From assembly GCF_009914755.1 (NCBI RefSeq), contig NC_060935.1: a stretch of 64,000 nucleotides of DNA. One strand, 5' to 3'. Below are positions 54,161 through 64,000 of this stretch, in pieces. The notes under the pieces were generated by a model, which saw only the letters and a program-made list of their open reading frames with translations, was not told the DNA's origin and did no database searches. How positions within the stretch are numbered: the first letter of the stretch is position 1; every line of letters starts with the position of its first letter. Origin of the DNA: the human T2T-CHM13v2.0 reference genome, Homo sapiens. Both the position numbers and the translations under genes were made by a program.

Positions 54161-57100
54161 AACGGAAACATTCACAGACAATTCTTAGTGATCATTGGAT
54201 TGAACTAACAGAGCTGAACATTCCTTTAGATGGAGCAGTTTCCAAACACACTTTCTGTAGAATCTGCAAGTGGATATTTGGACCTCTCTGAGGATTTCGT
54301 TGGAAACGGGATAAACTTCCCAGAACTACACGGAAGCATTGTGAGAAACTTCTTTGTGATGTTTGCATTCAACTCACAGAGTTGAACCTTGCTTTCATAG
54401 TTCAGCTTTCAAACACTCTTTTTGTAGAATCTGCAAGTGGATATTTGGACCACTTTGTGGCCTTCCTTCGAAACGCGTATATCTTCACATCAAACCTAGA
54501 CAGAAGCATTCTCAGAATGTTTCCTGTGATGACTGCATTCAACCCACAGAGGTGAACAATCCTGCTGATGGAGCAGTTTTGAAACTCCCTTTCTTTGGAT
54601 TCTGCAAGTGGATATGTGGACCTCTGTGAAGATTTCGTTGGAAACGGGTTCATCTTCACAGAAAAACTAAACAGGAGCATTCTCAGAAACTGCTTTGTGA
54701 TGTTTGTGTTCCACTTCAGGAATTGAACTTTCCTCTTGACAGAGCAGCTCTGAAACCCTCTTATTCTAGAATCTGCAAGTGGACATTTGGAGGGCTTTGA
54801 GGCCTGTGGTGGAAAAGGAAAATCTTCACATAAAAACTAGATGGAAGCATTCTCAGAAACTACTTTGTGATGATTGCATTCGACTCACAGAGTTGAACAT
54901 TCCTATAGATAGAGCAGGTTGTAAACAATCTTTTTGTAGAATCTGCGATTGGAAATTTGGACTGCTTTGAGGCCTACTGTAGTAAAGGAAATAACTTCAT
55001 CTAAAAACCAACCGGAAGCATTCACAGACAATTCTTAGTGATCATTGGATTGAACTAACAGAGCTGAACATTACTTTAGATGGAGCAGTTTCCAAACCCA
55101 CTTTCTGTAGAATCTGCAAGTGGATATTTGGACTTCTCTGAGGATTTCGTTAGAAACGGGATAAACTTCCCAGAACTACACGGAAGCATTGTGAGAAACT
55201 TCTTTGTGATGTTTGCATTCAACTCACAGAGTTGAACCTTGCTTTCACAGTTCAGCTTTCAAACACTCTTTTTGTAGAATCTGCAAGTGGATATTTGGAC
55301 CACTTTGTGGCCTTCCTTCGAAACGGGTATATCTTCATATCAAACCTAGACAGAAGCATTCTCAGAATGTTTCCTGTGATGACTGCATTCAACTCACAGA
55401 GGTGAACAATCCTGCTGATGGAGCAGTTTTGAAACTCTCTTTCTTTGGATTCTGCAAGTGGATATGTGGACCTCTGTGAAGATTTCGTTGGAAACGGGTT
55501 CATCTTCACAGAAAAACTAAACAGAAGCATTCTCAGAAACTGCTTTGTGATGTTTGTGTTCTACTTCACTTATTGAACTTTCCTCTTGACAGAGCAGCTC
55601 TGAAATCCTCTTATTCTAGAATCTGCAAGTGGACATTTGGAGGGCTTTGAGAGCTGTGGTGGAAAAGGAAAATCTTCACATAAAAACTACATGGAAGCAT
55701 TCTCAGAAACTACTTTGTGATGATTGCATTCGACTTCCAGAGTTGAACATTCCTATAGATAGAGCAGGTTGTAAACAATCTTTTTTTGGAATCTGCGATT
55801 GGAAATTTGGACTGCTTTGAGGCCTACTGTAGTAAAGGAAATAACTTCATCTAAAAACCAAACGGAAGCATTCACAGACAATTCTTAGTGATCATTGCAT
55901 TGAACTAACAGAGCTGAACATTCCTTTAGATGGAGCAGTTTCCAAACACACTTTCTGTAGAATCTGCAAGTGGACATTTGGACTTCTCTGAGGATTTCGT
56001 TGGAAACGGGATAAACTTCCCAGAACTACACGGAAGCATTCTGAGAAACTTCTTTGTGATGTTTGCATTCAACTCACAGAGTTGAACCTTGCTTTCATAG
56101 TTCAGCTTTCAAACACTCTTTTTGTAGAATCTGCAAGTGGATATTTGGACCACTTTGTGGCCTTCCTTCGAAACGGGTATATCTTCACATCAAACCTAGA
56201 CAGAAGCATTCTCAGAATGTTTCCTGTGATGACTGCATTCAACTCCCAGAGGTGAACAATCCTGCTGATGGAGCAGTTTTGAAACTCTCTTTCTTTGGAT
56301 TCTGCAAGTGGATATGTGGACCTCTGTGAAGATTTCGTTGGAAACGGGTTCATCTTCACAGAAAAACTAAACAGGAGCATTCTCAGAAACTGCTTTGTGA
56401 TGTTTGTGTTCCACTTCAATAATTAAACTTTTCTCTTGAGAGAGCAGCTCTGAAACCCTCTTTTTCTAGAATCTGCAAGTGGACATTTGGAGGGCTTTGA
56501 GGCCTGTGGTGGAAAAGGAAAATCTTCACATAAAAACTAGATGGAAGCATTCTCAGAAACTACTTTGTGATGATTGCATTCGACTCACAGAGTTGAACAT
56601 TCCTATAGATAGAGCAGGTTGTAAACAATCTTTTTGTAGAATCTGCGATTGGAGATTTGGACTGCTTTGAGGCCTACTGTAGTAAAGGAAATAACTTCAT
56701 CTAAAAACCAAACGGAAACATTCACAGACAATTCTTAGTGATCATTGCATTGAACTAACAGAGCTGAACATTCCTTTAGATGGCGCAGTTTCCAAACACA
56801 CTTTCTGTAGAATCTGCAAGTGGATATTTGGACCTCTCTGAGGATTTCGTTGGAAACGGGATAAACTTCCCAGAACTACACGGAAGCATTGTGAGAAACT
56901 TCTTTGTGATGTTTGCATTCAACTCACAGAGTTGAACCTTGCTTTCATAGTTCAGCTTTCAAACACTCTTTTTGTAGAATCTGCAAGTGGATATTTGGAC
57001 CACTTTGTGGCCTTCCTTCGAAACGCGTATATCTTCACATCAAACCTAGACAGAAGCATTCTCAGAATGTTTCCTGTGATGACTGCATTCAACCCACAGA

Positions 57101-60100
57101 GGTGAACATTCCTGCTGATGGAGCAGTTTTGAAACTCTCTTTCTTTGGATTCTGCAAGTGGATATGTGGACCTCTGTGAAGATTTCGTTGGAAACGGGTT
57201 CATCTTCACAGAAAAACTAAACAGAAGCATTCTCAGAAACTGCTTTGTGTTGTTTGTGTTCCACTTCAGGAATTGAACTTTCCCCTTGACAGAGCAGCTC
57301 TGAAACCCTCTTATTCTAGAATCTGCAAGTGGACATTTGGAGGGCTTTGAGGCTTGTGGTGGAAAAGGAAAATCTTCACATAAAAACTAGATGGAAGCAT
57401 TCTCAGAAACTACTTTGTGATGATTGCATTCGACTCACAGAGTTGAACATTCCTATAGATAGAGCAGGTTGTAAACAATCTTTTTGTAGAATCTGCGATT
57501 GGAAATTTGGACTGCTTTGAGTCCTACTGTAGTAATGGAAATAACTTCATCTAAAAACCAAACGGAAGCATTCACAGACAATTCTTAGTGATCATTGGAT
57601 TGAACTAACAGAGCTGAACATTCCTTTAGATGGAGCAGTTTCCAAACCCACTTTCTGTAGAATCTGCAAGTGGATATTTGGACTTCTCTGAGGATTTCGT
57701 TGGAAACGGGATAAAGTTCCCAGAACTACACGGAAGTATTGTGAGAAACTTCTTTGTGATGTTTGCATTCAACTCACAGAGTTGAACCTTGCTTTCATAG
57801 TTCAGCTTTCAAACACTCTTTTTGTAGAATCTGCAAGTGGATATTTGGACCACTTTGTGGCCTTCCTTCGAAACGGGTATATCTTCATATCAAACCTAGA
57901 CAAAAGCATTCTCAGAATGTTTACTGTGATGACTGCATTCAACTCACAAAGGTGAACAATCCTGCTGATGGAGCAGTTTTGAAACTCTCTTTCTTTGGAT
58001 TCTGCATGTGGATATGTGGACCTCTGTGAAGATTTCGTTGGAAACGGGTTCATCTTCACAGAAAAACTAAACAGAAGCATTCTCAGAAACTGCTTTGTGA
58101 TGTTTGTGTTCCACTTCAGGAATTGAGCTTTCCTCTTGACAGAGCAGCTCTGAAATCCTCTTATTCTAGAATCTGCAAGTGGACATTTGGAGGGCTTTGA
58201 GGCCTGTGGTGGAAAAGGAAAATCTTCACATAAAAACTAGATGGAAGCATTCTCAGAAACTACTTTGTGATGATTGCATTCGACTCACAGAGTTGAACAT
58301 TCCTATAGATAGAGCAGGTTGTAAACAATCTTTTTGTAGAATCTGCGATTGGAGATTTGGACTGCTTTGAGGCCTACTGTAGTAAAGGAAATAACTTCAT
58401 CTAAAAACCAAACGGAAGCATTCACAGACAATTCTTAGTGATCATTGGATTGAACTAACAGAGCTGAACATTCCTTTAGATGGAGCAGTTTCCAAACACA
58501 CTTTCTGTAGAATCTGCAAGTGGATATTTGGACTTCTCTGAGGATTTCGTTGGAAACGGGATAAACTTCCCAGAACTACACGGAAGCATTGTGAGAAACT
58601 TCTTTGTGATGTTTGCATTCAACTCACAGAGTTGAACCTTGCTTTCATAGTTCAGCTTTCAAACACTCTTTTTGTAGAATCTGCAAGTGGATATTTGGAC
58701 CACTTTGTGGCCTTCCTTCGAAACGCGTATATCTTCACATCAAACCTAGACAGAAGCATTCTCAGAATGTTTCCTGTGATGACTGCATTCAACTCACAGA
58801 GGTGAACAATCCTGCTGATGGAGCAGTTTTGAAACTCTCTTTCTTTGGATTCTGCAAGTGGATATGTGGACCTCTGTGAAGATTTCGTTGGAAACGGGTT
58901 CATCTTCACAGAAAAACTAAACAGGAGCATTCTCAGAAACTGCTTTGTGATGTTTGTGTTCCACTTCAAGAATTGAACTTTCCTCTTGACAGAGCAGCTC
59001 TGAAACCCTCTTTTTCTAGAATCTGCAAGTGGACATTTGGAGGGCTTTGAGGCCTGTGGTGGAAAAGGAAAATCTTCACATAAAAACTAGATGGAAGCAT
59101 TCTCAGAAACTACTTTGTGATGATTGCATTCCACTCACAGAGTTGAACATTCCTATAGATAGAGTAGGTTGTAAACAATCTTTTTGTAGAATCTGCGATT
59201 GGAGATTTGGACTGCTTTGAGGCCTACTGTAGTAAAGGAAATAACTTCATCTAAAAACCAAACGGAAGCATTCACAGACAATTCTTAGTGATCATTGGAT
59301 TGAACTAACAGAGCTGAACATTCCTTTAGATGGAGCAGTTTCCAAACCCACTTTCTGTAGAATCTGCAAGTGGATATTTGGACTTCTCTGAGGATTTCGT
59401 TGGAAACGGGATAAACTTCCCAAAACTACACGGAAGCATTCTGAGAAACTTCTTTGTGATGTTTGCATTCAACTCACAGAGTTGAACCTTGCTTTCATAG
59501 TTCAGCTTTCAAACACTCTTTTTGTAGAATCTGCAAGTGGATATTTGGACCACTTTGTGGTCTTCCTTCGAAACGGGTATATCTTCACATCAAACCTAGA
59601 CAGAAGCATTCTCAGAATGTTTCCTGTGATGACTGCATTCAAATCACAGAGGTGAACAATCCTGTTGATGGAGCAGTTTTGAAACTCTCTTTCTTTGAAT
59701 TCTGCAAGTGGATATGTGGACCTCTGTGAAGATTTCGTTGGAAACGGGTTCATCTTCACAGAAAAACAAAACAGAATCATTCTCAGAAACTGCTTTGTGA
59801 TGTTTGTGTTCCACTTCAAGAATTGAACTTTCCTCTTGACAGAGCAGCTCTGAAACCCTCTTTTTCTAGAATCTGCAAGTGGACATTTGGAGGGCTTTGA
59901 GGCCTGTGGTGGAAAAGGAAAATCTTCACATAAAAACTAGATGGAAGCATTCTCAGAAACTACTTTGTGATGATTGCATTCGACTCACAGAGTTGAACAT
60001 TCCTATAGATAGAGTAGGTTGTAAACAATCTTTTTGTAGAATCTGCGATTGGAGATTTGGACTGCTTTGAGGCCTACTGTAGTAAAGGAAATAACTTCAT

Positions 60101-63005
60101 CTAAAAACCAAACGGAAGCATTCACAGACAATTCTTAGTGATCATTGCATTGAACTAACAGAGCTGAACATTCCTTTAGATGGAGCAGTTTCCAAACACA
60201 CTTTCTGTAGAATCTGCAAGTGGATATTTGGACCTCTCTGAGGATTTCGTTGGAAACGGGATAAACTTCCCAGAACTACACGGAAGCATTGTGAGAAACT
60301 TCTTTGTGATGTTTGCATTCAACTCACAGAGTTGAACCTTGCTTTCAAAGTTCAGCTTTCAAACACTCTTTTTGTAGAATCTGCAAGTGGATATTTGGAC
60401 CTCTTTGTGGCCTTCCTTCGAAACGGGTATATCTTTACATCAAACCTAGACAGAAGCATTCTCAGAATGTTTCCTGTGATGACTGCATTCAACTCACAGA
60501 GGTGAACAATCCTGCTGATGGAGCAGTTTTGAATCTCTCTTTCTTTGGATTCTGCAAGTGGATATGTGGACCTCTGTGAAGATTTCGTTGGAAACGGGTT
60601 CATCTTCACAGAAAAACTAAACAGAAGCATTCTCAGAAACTGCTTTGTTATGTTTGTGTTCCACTTCAAGAATTGAACTATCCTCTTGACAGAGCAGCTC
60701 TGAAACCCTCTTATTCTAGAATCTGCAAGTGGACATTTGGAGGGCTTTGAGGCCTGTGGTGGAAAAGGAAAATCTTCACATAAAAACTAGATGGAAGCAT
60801 TCTCAGAAACTACTTTGTGATGATTGCATTCGACTCACAGAGTTGAACATTCCTATAGATAGAGCAGGTTGTAAACAATCTTTTTTTAGAATCTGCGATT
60901 GGAGATTTGGACTGCTTTGAGGCCTACTGTAGTAAAGGAAATAACTTCATCTAAAAACCAAACGGAAGCATTCACAGACAATTCTTAGTGATCATTGGAT
61001 TGAACTAACAGAGCTGAACATTCCTTTAGATGGAGCAGTTTCCAAACCCACTTTCTGTAGAATCTGCAAGTGGACATTTGGACTTCTCTGAGGATTTCGT
61101 TGGAAACGGGATAAACTTCCCAGAACTACACGGAAGCATTCTGAGAAACTTCTTTGTGATGTTTGCATTCAACTCACAGAGTTGAACCTTGCTTTCATGG
61201 TTCAGCTTTCAAACACTCTTTTTGTAGAATCTGCAAGTGGATATTTGGACCACTTTGTGGCCTTCCTTCGAAACGGGTATATCTTCACATCAAACCTAGA
61301 CAGAAGCATTCTCAGAATGTTTCCTGTGATGACTGCATTCAACTCACAGAGGTGAACAATCCTGTTGATGGAGCAGTTTTGAAACTCTCTTTCTTTGGAT
61401 TCTGCAAGTTGATATGTGGACCTCTGTGAAGATTTCGTTGGAAACGGGTTCATCTTCACAGAAAATGTAAACAGAAGCATTCTCAGAAACTGCTTTGTGA
61501 TGTTTGTGTTCCACTTCAAGAATTGAACTTTCCTCTTGACAGAGCAGCTCTGAAACCCTCTTTTTCTAGAATCTGCAAGTGGACATTTGGAGGGCTTTGA
61601 GGCCTGTGGTGGAAAAGGAAAATCTTCACATAAAAACTAGATGGAAGCATTCTAAGAAACTACTTTGTGATGATTGCATTCGACTCACAGAGTTGAACAT
61701 TCGTATAGATAGAGCAGGTTGTAAACAATCTTTTTGTAGAATCTGCTATTGGAGATTTGGACTGTTTTGAGGCCTACTGTAGTAAAGGAAATAAGTTCAT
61801 CTAAAAACCAAACGGAAGCATTCACAGACAATTCTTAGTGATCATTGCATTGAACTAACAGAGCTGAACATTCCTTTACATGGCGCAGTTTCCAAACACA
61901 CTTTCTGTAGAATCTGCAAGTGGATATTTGGACCTCTCTGAGGATTTCGTTGGAAACGGGATAAACTTCCCAGAACTCCACGGAAGCATTCTGAGAAACT
62001 TCTTTGTGATGTTTGCATTCAACTCACAGAGTTGAGCCTTGCTTTCATAGTTCAGCTTTCAAACACTCTTTTTGTAGAATCTGCAACTGGATATTTGGAC
62101 CACTTTGTGGCCTTCCTTCGAAACGCGTATATCTTCACATCAAACCTAGACAGAAGCATTCTCAGAATGTTTCCTGTGATGACTGCATTCAACCCACAGA
62201 GGTGAACAATCCTGCTGATGGAGCAGTTTTGAAACTCTCTTTCTTTGGATTCTGCAAGTGGATATGTGGACCTCTGTGAAGATTTCGTTGGAAACGGGTT
62301 CATCTTCACAGAAAAACTAAACAGAAGCATTCTCAGAAACTGCTTTGTGATGTTTGTGTTCCACTTCAGGAATTGAACTTTCCTCTTGACAGAGCAGCTC
62401 TGAAACCCTCTTATTCTAGAATCTGCAAGTGGACATTTGGAGGGCTTTGAGGCCTGCGGTGGAAAAGGAAAATCTTCACATAAAAACTAGATGGAAGCAT
62501 TCTCAGAAACTACTTTGTGATGATTGCATTCGACTCACAGAGTTGAACATTCCTATAGATAGAACAAGTTGTAAACAATCTTTTTGTAGTATCTGGATTG
62601 GAAATTTGGACTGCTTTGAGGCCTACTGTAGTAAAGGAAATAACTTCATCTAAAAACCAAACGGAAGCATTCACAGACAATTCTTAGTGATCATTGGATT
62701 GAACCAACAGAGCTGAACATTCCTTTAGATGGCGCAGTTTCCAAACACACTTTCTGTAGTATCTGCAACTGGATATTTGGACCTCTCTGAGGATTTCGTT
62801 GGAAACGGGATAAACTTCCCAGAACTACACGGAAGCATTCTGAGAAACTTCTTTGTGATGTTTGCATTCAACTCACAGAGTTGAACCTTGCTTTCATAGT
62901 TCAGCTTTCAAACACTCTTTTTGTAGAATCTGCAAGTGGATATTTGGACCACTTTGTGGCCTTCCTTCGAAACTGGTATATCTTCACATCAAACCTAGAC
63001 AGAAG

Positions 63006-63685
63006 CATTCTCAGAATGTTTCCTGTGATGACTGCATTCAACCCACAGAGGTGAACAATCCTGTTGATGGAGCAGTTTTGAAACTCTCTTTCTTTGGATT
63101 CTGCAAGTGGATATGTGGACCTCTGTGAAGATTTCGTTGGAAACGGGTTCATCTTCACAGAAAAACTAAACAGAAGCATTCTCAGAAACGGCTTTGTGAT
63201 GATGGCATTCGACTCACAGAGTTGAACATTCCTATAGATAGAGCAGGTTGTAAACAATCTTTTTGTAGAATCTGCGATTGGAGATTTGGACTGCTTTGAG
63301 GCCTACTGTAGTAAAGGAAATAACTTCATCTAAAAACCAAACGGAAGCATTCACAGACAATTCTTAGTGATCATTGGATTGAACTAACAGAGCTGAACAT
63401 TCCTTTAGATGGAGCAGTTTCCAAACACACTTTCTGTAGAATCTGCAAGTGGATATTTGGACTTCTCTGAGGATTTCGTTGGAAACGGGATAAACTTCCC
63501 AGAACTACACGGAAGCATTCTGAGAAACTTCTTTGTGATGTTTGCATTCAACTCACAGAGTTGAACCTTGCTTTCATAGTTCAGCTTTCAAACACTCTTT
63601 TTGTAGAATCTGCAAGTGGATATTTGGACCACTTTGTGGCCTTCCTTCGAAACGGGTATATCTTCACATCAAACCTAGACAGAAG
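63006..63685 (+). repeat. Variant 4-mer HOR (680 bp) with a hybrid A1/A2 monomer at 63177-63347
   Basis: Monomer starts at 63006, 63177, 63348, 63516 and 63686; ORF spacing 62862->63542 is 680. The body of the XbaI-bearing monomer is absent. Confidence 0.95.
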
Positions 63686-64000
63686 CATTCTCAGAATGTT
63701 TCCTGTGATGACTGCATTCAAGTCACAGAGGCGAACAATCCTGTTGATGGAGCAGTTTTGAAACTCTCTTTCTTTGGATTCTGCAAGTGGATATGTGGAC
63801 CTCTGTGAAGATTTCGTTGGAAACGGGTTCATCTTCACAGAAAAACTAAACAGAAGCATTCTCAGAAACTGCATTGTGATGTTTGTGTTCCACTTCAAGA
63901 GTTGAACTTTCCTCTTGACAGAGCAGCTCTGAAACCCACTTTTTCTAGAATCTGCAAGTGGACATTTGGAGGGCTTTGAGGCCTGTGGTGGAAAAGGAAA

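Larger units (their letters stand above)
1..64000 (+). repeat. Centromeric alpha-satellite HOR array, about 75 head-to-tail 850-bp 5-mer units; SF3 (pentameric, W-type), most likely human D11Z1
   Basis: Seen: ~170-bp monomers starting CATTCTCAGAAA-like with alphoid motifs (TTTGTGATG, AACTCACAGAGTTGAAC, GTAGAATCTGCAAGTGGATATTTGG). There is an 850-bp periodicity in the sequence and the ORF track (386, 1236, 2086...), and a TCTAGA site once per unit (first at 372-377). Established: a 0.85-kb XbaI 5-mer HOR is the classical description of D11Z1. The alpha-satellite call is near certain; the chromosome assignment is about 0.85. Confidence 0.98.

Noticed and set aside
38482-55160. Other CENP-B box variants (38487 TTCGATGG, 48345/51745 GTTCG, 50383/53783 ATTCG, 55152 TTAGAAACGGG)
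   Set aside because: They change only non-core positions of nTTCGnnnnAnnCGGGn, so they were not counted as knockouts.
9-63898. More than 200 short ORFs (63-131 aa) recurring on both strands every 850 bp
   Set aside because: They are chance open frames in satellite DNA. They overlap on opposite strands, many use GTG/TTG starts, they show no recognisable domains, and indels break or extend them freely. I used them only as markers of periodicity.
1-64000. CRISPR-like repeat/spacer appearance of the recurring conserved motifs
   Set aside because: The intervening sequences are themselves repeated every 850 bp. There are no unique spacers and no cas genes.
1-64000. L1/Alu insertion, inversion or non-alphoid island
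   Set aside because: The 850-bp phase holds throughout apart from 1-bp indels and one 170-bp deletion, and CENP-B boxes stay on the + strand. No poly(A) tail or foreign sequence was seen.
1-64000. Assignment to other SF3 arrays (DXZ1 12-mer, D17Z1 16-mer, D1Z5 11-mer)
   Set aside because: The fundamental period here is 5 monomers with near-identical neighbouring units, which does not fit those longer HORs.
1-64000. Claim that this window is the CENP-A/kinetochore site
   Set aside because: High homogeneity and dense CENP-B boxes fit an active array, but kinetochore position is epigenetic and needs CENP-A or methylation data.

Overview
The whole 64 kb is one uninterrupted, same-orientation array of primate centromeric alpha satellite. 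It holds about 75 copies of an 850-bp, 5-monomer higher-order repeat (HOR; monomers of 171/170/171/168/170 bp), usually with one XbaI site per unit. Each unit has two intact CENP-B boxes, one fixed degenerate box and two pJalpha-type monomers. This matches the pentameric suprachromosomal family 3 and most likely human D11Z1 (chromosome 11); that assignment comes from recalled family knowledge, not a search. I saw no genes, transposon insertions or inversions, and all ORFs in the track are satellite artefacts. I found no new protein-coding system. The informative signal is the pattern of rare variants: (1) nested multi-HOR duplications with periods of 1700, 2550, about 3400, 5100 and 8498 bp; (2) three variant domains (about 1-26, 27-44 and 44-64 kb); (3) one 4-mer HOR with a hybrid monomer near 63.2 kb; (4) a clustered mutation that perfects a short hairpin at 40.39 and 43.79 kb; (5) CENP-B-box knockouts spread by duplication. 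All comparisons were made by eye, so breakpoints are intervals and counts are minimums.
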